Part shown: positions 38,647 to 51,224 of the stretch, piece by piece
How positions within the stretch are numbered: position 1 is the stretch's first letter
How the letters are laid out: each line of letters begins with the position of its first letter
NCBI GenBank assembly: GCA_032372955.1
Contig: GCA_032372955.1_4725.1
DNA length: 64,000 nt
Source of the DNA: Escherichia coli
Lineage (GTDB): Bacteria; Pseudomonadota; Gammaproteobacteria; Enterobacterales; Enterobacteriaceae
Direction: 5' to 3' (one strand)
Translations under genes and position numbers: made by a program
The notes under the pieces: generated by a model
Told to the model about the DNA's origin: nothing
What the model saw: the letters and a program-made list of their open reading frames with translations, nothing else
Database searches by the model: none

Positions 38647-39662
38647 AACAGTATTTGGACCTTTTGCAAGACATCATGGATAACGGTCGCGATAAAGCCG
38701 ATCGCACAGGTACCGGAACCCGTTCCGTATTCGGGCGTCAAATGCGTTTTGACTTGAAGAAAGGATTCCCGCTGGTAACCACCAAGAAGATTCACCTTAA
38801 GAGCGTTATCCACGAACTGCTCTGGTTTCTTAACGGTGATACGAACGTTGCTTATCTTCAAGATAACGGTGTTCGTATCTGGAATGAATGGGCTGACGAA
38901 GAAGGGAATCTAGGACCGATTTACGGCAAACAATGGCGGGAATGGATCGACTATAAAGTGGTTGTTCCGCACGATACAGAACGTACTCGTGAGTTGATGC
39001 AACGCGGCTATGAGTATTGCGGCATCCTTGACGCCGGTATGCTAAAACACCTCGTGTATGTTAAACCTCACGATCAGATTGCAAACGTAATGCGTCAGCT
39101 TAAAGAAGATCCTGATTCTCGACGGATCATCGTTAGCGCGTGGAACGTAGGCGATTTAGACGATATGCATCTCGCTCCGTGCCATTCATTTTATCAGTTC
39201 TATACCCACGAGCTCACGATCGATGAACGCGTTGATTATGTTCAACGCAATGACGTATTAAGAACCCAATGGGTTACGGATGACGTACGGCATAGTGAAA
39301 CGGAACTTTGGTTGAACGCGCATAACGTACCAACACGTGCTTTATCCTGTCAGCTTTATCAGCGATCGTGCGACGCAGTGCTTGGGAAACCGTTCAACAT
39401 CGCATCGTATTCGTTGTTAACGCATATGCTTGCCCAACAGCTGAATATGGACGTTGGTGAGTTCGTGTGGACGGGTGGAGATTGCCACATCTATCACAAC
39501 CACTTCGAACAGGTTAAAGAGCAGCTCAGTCGTGAGCCGTACCCATTACCGAAGCTAACAATCGTACGTAAACCGGAAAGTATTACGGATTACCGTTACG
39601 AAGACTTTGTGTTTGTTGGATATCAATCACATCCGGCTATCAAGGCTAAGGTGGCGGTGTAA
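38643..39662 (+). CDS. thyA: thymidylate synthase (ThyA-like, with two insertions relative to the ~264-aa canonical enzyme)
   Basis: [78 protein letters not shown]. Confidence 0.9.
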   Translation: MKQYLDLLQDIMDNGRDKADRTGTGTRSVFGRQMRFDLKKGFPLVTTKKIHLKSVIHELLWFLNGDTNVAYLQDNGVRIWNEWADEEGNLGPIYGKQWREWIDYKVVVPHDTERTRELMQRGYEYCGILDAGMLKHLVYVKPHDQIANVMRQLKEDPDSRRIIVSAWNVGDLDDMHLAPCHSFYQFYTHELTIDERVDYVQRNDVLRTQWVTDDVRHSETELWLNAHNVPTRALSCQLYQRSCDAVLGKPFNIASYSLLTHMLAQQLNMDVGEFVWTGGDCHIYHNHFEQVKEQLSREPYPLPKLTIVRKPESITDYRYEDFVFVGYQSHPAIKAKVAV

Positions 39663-39674
39663 ATTAACAACTGA

Positions 39675-39692
39675 GGGTGGGTACGCCCACCC
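39675..39692 (+). terminator. short GC stem-loop
   Basis: GGGTGGG / CCCACCC. Confidence 0.3.
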
Positions 39693-39709
39693 TAATACGG
39701 AGAACTATC

Positions 39710-40003
39710 GTGGATGAAGTAAGTTCTGAACTGTTAGAAGCAATGGATGAGCGAGTAACCACTATCGGTTTTTATCTCACTGGTGTTACTGAAGCATTAC
39801 CCATACCGAAAAATAGTTACGAGATGGAGGCTGATAGCATACTTACACAAACCCTTCCTATACAGCTTAAAGCAGAAATTAACGAACGTCTACGCGTCGA
39901 TATGCTTACGAAAGAACAGCGTGAATCCTTGCTGGAAGCATTAGATACCATCGACAAGAGAATGACGCTTCTTAAATTAGGTTTTAAGAAGCAATTGCAT
40001 TAA
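39710..40003 (+). CDS. hypothetical protein
   Basis: ORF track frame; GTG 39710 downstream of hairpin with RBS GGAG. Confidence 0.5.
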   Translation: MDEVSSELLEAMDERVTTIGFYLTGVTEALPIPKNSYEMEADSILTQTLPIQLKAEINERLRVDMLTKEQRESLLEALDTIDKRMTLLKLGFKKQLH

Positions 40004-40033
40004 GAATATCGAGATTTATTTTAGGAGTTTAGA

Positions 40034-40174
40034 ATGGCCTGGTCATACCCCTATCGTATTCTGATAGGTGTTAAAAATAAGAAAGGTCCCCGTAAAGGTA
40101 AATGGAGATACACCTGGTTATGCGGACAGATAGAACTAAAACCAAGGATCTTCTCTGCCTGGAGTAAAAAGTGA
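40034..40174 (+). CDS. small basic protein with KKGPRKGK motif (46 aa)
   Basis: ATG with RBS TAGGAG; not in ORF track (below length cutoff); motif shared with three other small ORFs. Confidence 0.4.
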   Translation: MAWSYPYRILIGVKNKKGPRKGKWRYTWLCGQIELKPRIFSAWSKK

Positions 40175-40377
40175 TGATTAATTCTCTACAGCGCCACATA
40201 CTAAATCATGTTATCAACGACATGATTGGTGTTCGTTTAGTCAAAGGAAAACACAAGAAAGGTTGCAATAAAGGAAAACGGTTCGTGGCGTATGTGGTAC
40301 CAACGACTGAACGAAGGATCGCAAATGCTGCGGTGGATTCTATCGCGAAAGCGATGCCGTGGCTTATGTTGGACTGA
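40171..40377 (+). CDS. small basic protein with KHKKGCNKGK motif
   Basis: ORF track. Confidence 0.5.
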   Translation: MMINSLQRHILNHVINDMIGVRLVKGKHKKGCNKGKRFVAYVVPTTERRIANAAVDSIAKAMPWLMLD

Positions 40378-40403
40378 CTTTTTAGAGGAAAGAGAGGTTA
40401 CGC

Positions 40404-40595
40404 ATGCAATGTCTCGAAGTGACAGAAGCAGGTACGCTAGAATATATCGACCCGATGTATTCATCCCGATTTATCGCCACTCGATATTTGGATCGTGTTT
40501 ATAACAAACGCGTTAAACGAGGCCCAGGTAAAGGCAGACAGAAGAAAGTAAGTATTTATAAATGCCATAAAGCGCCTAATCCGGTGTATTATTGA
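40404..40595 (+). CDS. small basic protein with KRGPGKGRQKK motif
   Basis: ORF track; RBS AGAGAGG upstream. Confidence 0.5.
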   Translation: MQCLEVTEAGTLEYIDPMYSSRFIATRYLDRVYNKRVKRGPGKGRQKKVSIYKCHKAPNPVYY

Positions 40596-40939
40596 AGATA
40601 GCGTTGAAGAGGATCTACCCTATGCTTAGCATCACTTATTTTCGTCGATGCTGGTATATTCATCAGTACCGCAAAAACAGGAATCAGATTATCGATATAA
40701 AGTTTCATATTGACTCTTTACTCAAACTAGAGAAGGTGAAAGAACAACCGTTGGTTGTCGTTCGGTTGAGGTCTTTATTAGAACGTTTACGTATAGCGTC
40801 GCAGGTGAATGAACAGCTTCATCAGGCGAATAAAGCGCGTGCGCCAAGGGTTGTACGGAAATGTTATCGTTCCGGATTTAACCATCGATTGAAAAGTATA
40901 CGTAACAGTTTAAAGCATATAACGGAGAATATGGCATGA
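40592..40939 (+). CDS. hypothetical basic protein
   Basis: ORF track; AT-rich segment. Confidence 0.5.
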   Translation: MKIALKRIYPMLSITYFRRCWYIHQYRKNRNQIIDIKFHIDSLLKLEKVKEQPLVVVRLRSLLERLRIASQVNEQLHQANKARAPRVVRKCYRSGFNHRLKSIRNSLKHITENMA

Positions 40940-41580
40940 AAGATATCGCGGAAACAAAAGAAGAGAAATACACCCAACTGAAGAAGAAACTGGAGAAACA
41001 AGGTTTTCTAGCGAAACGTTTAATCCGTGTTATGCGTTATAAATACAAATGCTATTTCGGTACGGAGCTATCGAACGGTGATGCGTTTGTTAACGAGTGT
41101 CGTCGGACAATATCTCGCATTAATGACTTACAAGCGCGTAATGATTGGTGGTACAAAGAATCGGAAAACTTCACTGATACCGACCGCCGTACCGTATCCC
41201 ACTTAGAAAAACAGTTGAAGGAGTTAATGGAAGACAGAGCCGACTTACAACGTCGAATCCATCAGCGATTTGATGAGTGGGAGAAGGGGGCTTTTATTAA
41301 CGGTGATGAGATACGTATCGATAACATCATTAGACGTCTTATCGCTAAAGATGATGAGGAAGACTTACCGTTACCGGACGATCACGATACCGCGAAACAG
41401 GTTCTCGAACAAGCGGTACGTTGCATGGGTGCTTTGCTCTCCCTGGGTCATATCGAACGCAAAAAGATCGTTCAATGTAAATTCGAAAAGCTTCTCGTTC
41501 AGTTCCACCGCAAGTTCTTTTATAGCACCGAAAAAGAAGTTGCTGTACAACTAATAGAAGGTATCAATGAAGTTAAATAG
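40936..41580 (+). CDS. hypothetical protein (coiled-coil-like)
   Basis: ORF track. Confidence 0.55.
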   Translation: MKDIAETKEEKYTQLKKKLEKQGFLAKRLIRVMRYKYKCYFGTELSNGDAFVNECRRTISRINDLQARNDWWYKESENFTDTDRRTVSHLEKQLKELMEDRADLQRRIHQRFDEWEKGAFINGDEIRIDNIIRRLIAKDDEEDLPLPDDHDTAKQVLEQAVRCMGALLSLGHIERKKIVQCKFEKLLVQFHRKFFYSTEKEVAVQLIEGINEVK

Positions 41581-41935
41581 AACTGTTCGGAGTATACAGT
41601 CATTTTGGTATCGATATTGGTTTAATCGTAATTTACGTGACTTCGTTCGGCTTATCCGTTATGTGAAGCTCATGATAAATTGTCGTGAGTTAAATAGAGA
41701 GTTGGGGATAGGTAGTGCGAGGAAATATACGTACGATACAGACCCGTTTATCGAGTACTGCAATTCGTATATAAGAGATATCGTGGTTCTGATGAAATCG
41801 AGCCATGAGTTGTTTATGTATTGCGATTCTTGCTACAAGTCCTTTCTCGGACGCCGTGTTCGTGCAAATCGAATAAGAAATGCGATCTCTATGTTACATT
41901 GGCGATTTTACTATTTTCCAGACCCCGATAAATAA
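41567..41935 (+). CDS. hypothetical protein
   Basis: ORF track. Confidence 0.5.
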   Translation: MKLNRTVRSIQSFWYRYWFNRNLRDFVRLIRYVKLMINCRELNRELGIGSARKYTYDTDPFIEYCNSYIRDIVVLMKSSHELFMYCDSCYKSFLGRRVRANRIRNAISMLHWRFYYFPDPDK

Positions 41936-41940
41936 ACAAC

Positions 41941-42273
41941 GTGTATATGAATCAGACAGCTATAATTGATATTTATAACTATCGTAAATACACATCCATG
42001 CTCGATGCTGCGACTTCGCTGTTAGAGCACAAGTTACGCGAATGCAACGTACAGACCGCTACAGAAGAAGTTCTGGAAATCGCGCAGTTGTTACTTGATC
42101 GTTTAAAAGAACTTCGAATTTACGTGGCGAGCATGTATGGGAATGGTCCCGATGCTGTAAGTATTGCTTACAACAAACCAAGATTGATGGTGGAGAAGAT
42201 TATCGAGCAAACCGGTAACATCGACAATGAAATCAGCGCCTTTATAAGCGGCGTCAATACGTTAAAACTTTAA
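41941..42273 (+). CDS. hypothetical protein
   Basis: ORF track. Confidence 0.5.
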   Translation: MYMNQTAIIDIYNYRKYTSMLDAATSLLEHKLRECNVQTATEEVLEIAQLLLDRLKELRIYVASMYGNGPDAVSIAYNKPRLMVEKIIEQTGNIDNEISAFISGVNTLKL

Positions 42274-42278
42274 GAGAG

Positions 42279-42587
42279 ATGATAAAAATGAACGAAAACA
42301 ATTGTGAACTGGTTCCAGAAGAAAGGTTGGTTGCGATTCGTGATTACTTCTTGGCTGATGAAGAGAACAAACCATTCTTCGTCTTTTCGGATAATAAACA
42401 TCAAGCAACCTGTGAACTCGCTGCAGCCGAGGGTATGCGTGATGCGTTAGTGTATCGATTGGAAGCGAAACGATCTGTTGTATCAGACACGACAGAGATC
42501 GATAATGCAATCAAGGCGGTCGATCGTCGATATGACGAGTTACTTACCGAGTATGAGAAAGGGTCGCAAACGGTAATTCTTCACTAA
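42279..42587 (+). CDS. hypothetical protein
   Basis: ORF track. Confidence 0.55.
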   Translation: MIKMNENNCELVPEERLVAIRDYFLADEENKPFFVFSDNKHQATCELAAAEGMRDALVYRLEAKRSVVSDTTEIDNAIKAVDRRYDELLTEYEKGSQTVILH

Positions 42588-42617
42588 TCCGCCCCATCCA
42601 TTTGCACGGAGACGCAG

Positions 42618-42899
42618 ATGTTCAACAGTTCGATGGTGTATTACGGTAGTATCGTTCAGGTATTGGTACCTTTCATCGATGATCGTACCTGTTTAGCAGC
42701 AGACGCACGGTATATTCAACGCTGGGTAAAACTTGGGCGATTAACACGAAAACATTTACAGCATGCGATGACTTCAACCCATGCTGCGATTCATCTTATC
42801 GACCCTAACTTTCGCGACGGTAAAAGACACATTCACCTTTATCGTGAAAGTTATGTCCGCTGGTTAGAAAACGCATTAAAGGATAAAGAACATGAGTAA
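42618..42899 (+). CDS. hypothetical protein
   Basis: ORF track. Confidence 0.55.
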   Translation: MFNSSMVYYGSIVQVLVPFIDDRTCLAADARYIQRWVKLGRLTRKHLQHAMTSTHAAIHLIDPNFRDGKRHIHLYRESYVRWLENALKDKEHE

Positions 42900-43377
42900 C
42901 ACAGTTAAACTTAATGAAAACAATTTTTCAAAACTGGACGATTTTATCGAAGAATATATCGAGAAAAAGCAATGGGCTATTATCAGTGTCGCTCCTGATG
43001 AGGGAAGCGACGAGCCTGGCTTTATGTATACTGTTGGTCTAACCGAACACGGAATGCCGGAAATCTTCGTATCCGGTTACTGCCCTGCCCTTGGTTCAGC
43101 AATCAACAAACTGGGTAACTTCATGGTGAAGGCAAAGACCATCCCGTTAGGCGCGTTCGATGGTAATCTGATTTTGAAGGGTACGGGTGAAACCTTGCGT
43201 CTCGACGTACGCGAAATTGAGGATATTGAATCCTTCAACGAAGTGTATGCGATAGCGGCTTTCGCTCGATACGGTAAAAAAGTTGCAGGTATTCAGCTTG
43301 TTTGGCCTGACACCAGCAATACGTTACCACATGAAGGTGGTTACGAATCATGCTGCTGTCCGCAGATCCTGCTTTAA
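42892..43377 (+). CDS. hypothetical protein
   Basis: ORF track. Confidence 0.6.
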   Translation: MSNTVKLNENNFSKLDDFIEEYIEKKQWAIISVAPDEGSDEPGFMYTVGLTEHGMPEIFVSGYCPALGSAINKLGNFMVKAKTIPLGAFDGNLILKGTGETLRLDVREIEDIESFNEVYAIAAFARYGKKVAGIQLVWPDTSNTLPHEGGYESCCCPQILL

Positions 43378-43415
43378 TCTTAATACCAATAATTAAATTG
43401 TTTATAGGAGTTTTT

Positions 43416-43604
43416 GTGAAATCGACCATCAACCGCACCGATTTTCATCCCGATCGTATTGCGGAGACCTTTGCTCGTATGGATAATAACACGTTCGCCA
43501 TGTTGTTCAACAGCGGATTTGATTCTACCCACGAGACCAGTCGTTCTACCGGTGTGATTATCGATGCGGAATGTGTCCATGTTAAGGAAACAAACGCGGA
43601 ATAA
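43416..43604 (+). CDS. hypothetical small protein
   Basis: Track ORF 43350-43604 trimmed to GTG 43416 with RBS AGGAG. Confidence 0.35.
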   Translation: MKSTINRTDFHPDRIAETFARMDNNTFAMLFNSGFDSTHETSRSTGVIIDAECVHVKETNAE

Positions 43605-43610
43605 GACGCA

Positions 43611-43985
43611 ATGTACGTTATTATCGATGATGTTGAAGGACGACAGCTAACGCCAGTTCAATCGTTACGATTGCGTAATGCCGCATTGATGTACGCTGTG
43701 TTATGGTGGGACTGTAAAACACGCTTACCTAGCGATGCAAAATCGATGCGGCGCTATTCAGAAGCATTAGTGTCGTGTGAACATGATGAGATTTTTCAAC
43801 GACTCTTTGACCGGCTATCAGGTTATCAAGCAATCATTCGGAAGGGTTTGTTTGTCTCTATTGAATGGTTCGGTACTGAGTTACGGTTAATCGTTGACCG
43901 CAAGGGTATGACATTACGCCCTAACGCATTCGAGTCGACACGAGCGATTGCTTGGTGGGACGAGGAAGGTAATCGTCTCTGGTGA
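43611..43985 (+). CDS. hypothetical protein
   Basis: ORF track. Confidence 0.6.
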   Translation: MYVIIDDVEGRQLTPVQSLRLRNAALMYAVLWWDCKTRLPSDAKSMRRYSEALVSCEHDEIFQRLFDRLSGYQAIIRKGLFVSIEWFGTELRLIVDRKGMTLRPNAFESTRAIAWWDEEGNRLW

Positions 43986-43991
43986 TAAGCA

Positions 43992-44010
43992 CCCCGTCTT
44001 AATGACGGGG
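43992..44010 (+). terminator. short GC stem-loop
   Basis: CCCCGTC TTAAT GACGGGG. Confidence 0.35.
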
Positions 44011-44062
44011 GATACGCTTAAGTAAAGGTATGAGATCAGACAACAACCGAACGAGGTGAAAC

Positions 44063-44179
44063 ATGGTGAATAATGACGAGCTTACGGAAATAAAATCTTG
44101 GGTTGCTAAAGCGCTGCTTGCGTATAGCGCCGTCGGCGTACTGTTTGCCGTAATTGGCATGGTAGGTATGCTACGATGA
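44063..44179 (+). CDS. small membrane peptide (38 aa, one TM helix)
   Basis: ATG with RBS GAGGTGAAAC; hydrophobic ALLAYSAVGVLFAVIGMVGML; stop overlaps next start. Confidence 0.4.
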   Translation: MVNNDELTEIKSWVAKALLAYSAVGVLFAVIGMVGMLR

Positions 44180-44442
44180 GCATCGAGGATGACTTTTTAC
44201 GGAACGCACTTGACTTTTATTCTAAACCATTAACACCCGGTGGGTTGGAATTGGGTGTGGTCGATCCTGATAAATTGCATCCAATTGCTAAATGGTTGAA
44301 TCAACATCGAGAAGGGCTGTATTCCGTTGACCAACCGGAACTGGTGGCACGTTGGCATATTAAGAAAAGCGGTCTCAATATGTCGTTACAAGCGCGTGCG
44401 AACAAAGACCATATTGCCCTATCGATCATGGGTACTTTTTAA
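44176..44442 (+). CDS. hypothetical protein
   Basis: ORF track. Confidence 0.6.
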   Translation: MSIEDDFLRNALDFYSKPLTPGGLELGVVDPDKLHPIAKWLNQHREGLYSVDQPELVARWHIKKSGLNMSLQARANKDHIALSIMGTF

Positions 44443-44456
44443 CGAGGATAATTTAC

Positions 44457-45434
44457 ATGGCTTCTGTTGGCCCAATCGATAAGACACGCGATGCGGTAAA
44501 GGCGTTGCTCGAAAGAATTTATTTTGAGCTTGCGAATGCCGAACATCCAAGCGTGAGTCTTTTCGATGATAAACTCACAGCGATTAATAACGTTCATCCA
44601 ATGCTGTATCAGGATCTCCTTACGTCGTGGAAACCGATGGGTGTTTTCGCGAACGCTTTTTCAGATACCGTCGTAGCCAGCGGCTTTGAAAAACCGAAGC
44701 TACCTTTTGTCTATGAGCCGTCGGTCGATCCAAGACGGGAGCGTCTGGGTGTTTTAACGCACGCTCTGATTGACAGTATTGGTTATTATCTTTCCTCTGA
44801 ATGGACAGCTAAATATACCGAGCTGTTAGACGAATACGAGCTGTGGCGTAATCAGATCTTAACGGATGCGGAGAAGAAAGCATACGCGATCGCGTTGGCG
44901 GAGAAAACCCGCGGGGACGTTGGTCGCTTAATCCACGATTTTTACGCGGTTTTGAAACCAACCTACTACGAAACAAAACGTCAACTGACCTGGGAAGAAG
45001 CACAGGCGTTGATGCAGAGCGCAGAAACAGCGGATGATATTTCGGGTATAATCCACGATTACTGTATGTCAAGAATCCTGCTGGATAAAGGCAATCAGAA
45101 ATACGTTCGTGAGGTTCCGCTTCCCAATAACGCGATGGGGATCGCAAACGAGATTTTCGAGTTCCTGAACGAATGGAATCCGCCGTTACTTGCGATTACG
45201 TATATCTGCGATGATATTCTTACCGAGGATCTGTTCCTTCCATTGTTAGGTGAAGCGTCGCTGCGACGTTATTCCCAGACGTTCAAGAACAGCGCAACGA
45301 TGGCATCGACCGTACCGGTTAGTTTACCACGTCGTCGTAAAATGCTTACGGTATCCGCTGGCAAGATTAACCTCTTAGTGTTGTATTATGCTGTAAGAAA
45401 CGGCCTGCCAACATTAATTTTCAGGAAAAAGTAA
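44457..45434 (+). CDS. hypothetical protein
   Basis: ORF track; RBS ACGAGGATAA upstream. Confidence 0.65.
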   Translation: MASVGPIDKTRDAVKALLERIYFELANAEHPSVSLFDDKLTAINNVHPMLYQDLLTSWKPMGVFANAFSDTVVASGFEKPKLPFVYEPSVDPRRERLGVLTHALIDSIGYYLSSEWTAKYTELLDEYELWRNQILTDAEKKAYAIALAEKTRGDVGRLIHDFYAVLKPTYYETKRQLTWEEAQALMQSAETADDISGIIHDYCMSRILLDKGNQKYVREVPLPNNAMGIANEIFEFLNEWNPPLLAITYICDDILTEDLFLPLLGEASLRRYSQTFKNSATMASTVPVSLPRRRKMLTVSAGKINLLVLYYAVRNGLPTLIFRKK

Positions 45435-45851
45435 ATGGCTGAAGCGACTGTACAAAACCCCCTTTCATTGATTCAGCAAATAAACATACAGATTTCTCCA
45501 AAATGCTGTTCTCTTGAACTTGCATTATCCCACGTCGAAAGCTGGGTAACCTTTCGCCGCACGGTGCATCCGCGTTTCCCGGTAAATATCAGTCCTGTCA
45601 TCGTGGTGGCATTAGAAAACGAAGACCTTACTCAAGACATGTGGCAACGCATCCGTGGACGCATACCGCAATACGTAAATGTGATGGGTGTTCTGTTAGT
45701 AAGTGACACCGAAGCATTCGAAAGCCATCCGTTGTGTTACGCCGATGTGGTGGTTACGGATAACCCGATGATGCTTGAACGTATGCGTGCTGTGCTGACT
45801 AATCCGGTTCGAACGGAAATACTCATCGACATTAAACAGGATGCTTCTTAA
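45435..45851 (+). CDS. hypothetical protein
   Basis: ORF track. Confidence 0.6.
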   Translation: MAEATVQNPLSLIQQINIQISPKCCSLELALSHVESWVTFRRTVHPRFPVNISPVIVVALENEDLTQDMWQRIRGRIPQYVNVMGVLLVSDTEAFESHPLCYADVVVTDNPMMLERMRAVLTNPVRTEILIDIKQDAS

Positions 45852-46161
45852 CAGTTTGGGTGATAACATGCGTTATTGGAAACTTTCAGCTTATCAAATT
45901 GCGTTATTGGGTATCGACACCAAAGAGAAAGAATTGTTGCACGGTGAACTCGACACCGCTTACCTTTCAGAAAACAACATGGTTGTATGTAAATTTGTTG
46001 GGTTAACGACGCGACGTAATACGGTACATGAAACCTATGCGTTGAAGGGTAAAGGCATGCAGGAAGTTGCTGCCGTGATTCGTACCGGTATCGTGGTACC
46101 GCCAGGTGTAAGTGATAATCTTGATGAGGTGTTACATGGAACTCGTAAAGCAACCCGTTAA
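45841..46161 (+). CDS. hypothetical protein
   Basis: ORF track; alternative start ATG 45868. Confidence 0.5.
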   Translation: MLLNSLGDNMRYWKLSAYQIALLGIDTKEKELLHGELDTAYLSENNMVVCKFVGLTTRRNTVHETYALKGKGMQEVAAVIRTGIVVPPGVSDNLDEVLHGTRKATR

Positions 46162-46744
46162 TGCGTGGACGATCATGCCGGATGAAGCTGTTCGCTATGG
46201 CTTCCTGAAGAAGCACGCGCCGAAGCTCATCGATGGTACCATCGGACCGGAACAGGATTTGTTGTATGCCGTGCTGTTTGATGACTATCGTGCGATGGCG
46301 GTTTATGGTGAGTCAGGAAAAGCACACGTCGTAAGCATCGAACGTTACGTGTTTAATGAGCCGGGTGTTAAGGAACAGCTTGATGCCATCATGATGAACA
46401 CGAAACCCGTACCTGAACATATCAAGCTTCAGTTCCTCGAGATGCTGAATCCAGATGAACGGACGGTGCGGCTTATTCGTAACGATCCTGCCACCCAGGA
46501 ACTCACGGAAGTATTACTGGACCTGAAACTGCATGTCGCCCTCGAACGTGCTGAAGGGGGTAAGGTTAATACCTGTATCCGTCAATTCTGTAAATCCCGT
46601 GAAGCGAAGGTTAAACACCATCAAACACGGAATATCCTGAAAGCGATTCGTTCCGTCGCGTTACCTGAAATTAAAATGAAGGAAGTGCTGTCGTTATACG
46701 AAGCTTATATGAACGACGAAGTCGAATGCGTCGTGAAGTCGTGA
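46136..46744 (+). CDS. hypothetical protein
   Basis: ORF track frame; ATG 46136 with RBS GAGG. Confidence 0.55.
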   Translation: MELVKQPVNAWTIMPDEAVRYGFLKKHAPKLIDGTIGPEQDLLYAVLFDDYRAMAVYGESGKAHVVSIERYVFNEPGVKEQLDAIMMNTKPVPEHIKLQFLEMLNPDERTVRLIRNDPATQELTEVLLDLKLHVALERAEGGKVNTCIRQFCKSREAKVKHHQTRNILKAIRSVALPEIKMKEVLSLYEAYMNDEVECVVKS

Positions 46745-46761
46745 CGAAATAAAAGCATATT

Positions 46762-46807
46762 GCCTGTGTCCCTCCCATCATGGGCGGGCACGGGCGTTAT
46801 GCTGATG
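46762..46807 (+). promoter_or_regulatory. GC-rich hairpin followed by GTTATGCTGATG
   Basis: GCCTGTGTCCCTCCC / GGGCGGGCACGGGC imperfect stem. Confidence 0.45.
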
Positions 46808-46851
46808 TACATTTTGACAATTTTTTGGTTTCGTATGGAGGAAACGACAAC

Positions 46852-49902
<3,051 letters not shown>

Positions 49903-49906
49903 GAAA

Positions 49907-50227
49907 ATGGGTAAATGTTGGACGGATAAAGAAGATGAAGCGTTGCTGCTTATTCTTAGCACGTCACCAAAAGCGAGTTATAAAGAAGTAGCACGTTGCA
50001 TGAATCGAACACCATGTTCTATTCGCGCACGTTACATCAGGTTGAGGAAACGACGTGGTGATCTACCGCCTCGCGGGGGAGCTTACACACCCGAAGAAAG
50101 GGTTAGGATTACCATGCTTGCAAAGAAACATACCCTAAAAGAAATTGCTGAAATAATGAATCGTAGCGTACACGCCATCCGGTGTTATTGTTTTCGAAAC
50201 AAGATATCGCTTAAAGTAAGACGTTGA
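49907..50227 (+). CDS. Myb/SANT-like HTH protein, tandem paralog 1 of 6
   Basis: WTDKEDEALL plus HTH-like TLKEIAEIMNRSVHAIR. Confidence 0.55.
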   Translation: MGKCWTDKEDEALLLILSTSPKASYKEVARCMNRTPCSIRARYIRLRKRRGDLPPRGGAYTPEERVRITMLAKKHTLKEIAEIMNRSVHAIRCYCFRNKISLKVRR

Positions 50228-50239
50228 TGGGGTGGCACT

Positions 50240-50707
50240 ATGGTCAAGGACTGGACACCCGAAGAAGACGCGATATTGATTACCCTGTACCGAAACGGTA
50301 TCCCGATGCAAGAGATTGCGGCACGGCTTGACCGAACAGAAGGTTCGGTTCAAGGTCGAATTAACCGTAATCGCAAGCGCTGGAAACTCATGTCGCGTCA
50401 CCGCTATTGTTGTTTCGAAGAACGCGTGATGTTAGCCGATTATCTTAAGACGCATAGCGTAAAAGAAGCTGCAGCGATGTTCAACCGTAGCGTGGACGCA
50501 ATCGCTAAACTCTGCTACCGTTACGGTATTGTTGCATGCAAAGCGCAACGTCGAGAGATGATTTATTATCGAATACATACGCTTAGAAAAGAGAATAACA
50601 CCTGGGAGAGAATACGGAATATCATCAATAACGAATTTAACACCCATTACACGTTAAGCGGTGTTCATAGCCTCTACTACACTCAAGCATTAAAACGCGT
50701 AGAATAG
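50240..50707 (+). CDS. Myb/SANT-like HTH protein, tandem paralog 2 of 6
   Basis: WTPEEDAIL plus SVKEAAAMFNRSVDAIAKL. Confidence 0.55.
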   Translation: MVKDWTPEEDAILITLYRNGIPMQEIAARLDRTEGSVQGRINRNRKRWKLMSRHRYCCFEERVMLADYLKTHSVKEAAAMFNRSVDAIAKLCYRYGIVACKAQRREMIYYRIHTLRKENNTWERIRNIINNEFNTHYTLSGVHSLYYTQALKRVE

Positions 50708-50720
50708 GAGAAATCTCGTT

Positions 50721-51224
50721 GTGAAACCTCCAGTACGACGATGGAATCGTAAGGATGATGAACAGTTGCTGGAATTGTACTATCGTCACCCGAAATTAAA
50801 AATCCGTGAAATCGCAGAAATCATGGAAACAACGTACGGTGCAATTAAATCGAGGTTGATATACTTAAATGTTGAACGTCGTAAACCGCATAAACGTTTC
50901 AGTGTCGATGAGTTGGAATACATCAGAGTGCACTGCAAACACAAAAGTTACAAACAACTCGCACGCGATTTAAACAGGGATCCAAACAGTATTAGAACGA
51001 TTGCACACCGTCATGGTTTCAAGCGGTTAAGCGAGGCTGATACTAAGATCTTCATAGCCTTCGTTGATACATTGTTAGAAGAAACACAGGATTGGCACCA
51101 CATTGCTGAACGGGTTAATGCGCATTTCGGTATAACACGTACGAAGCAGGCTGTCTATCAGCGTTGGTGGCATCATAGAAAGAAAAGAGGGATACAAGAT
51201 GGGACGATCTCGACCGTGGCGTGA
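50721..51224 (+). CDS. Myb/SANT-like HTH protein, tandem paralog 3 of 6
   Basis: WNRKDDEQLL plus SYKQLARDLNRDPNSIRTI; GTG start. Confidence 0.5.
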   Translation: MKPPVRRWNRKDDEQLLELYYRHPKLKIREIAEIMETTYGAIKSRLIYLNVERRKPHKRFSVDELEYIRVHCKHKSYKQLARDLNRDPNSIRTIAHRHGFKRLSEADTKIFIAFVDTLLEETQDWHHIAERVNAHFGITRTKQAVYQRWWHHRKKRGIQDGTISTVA

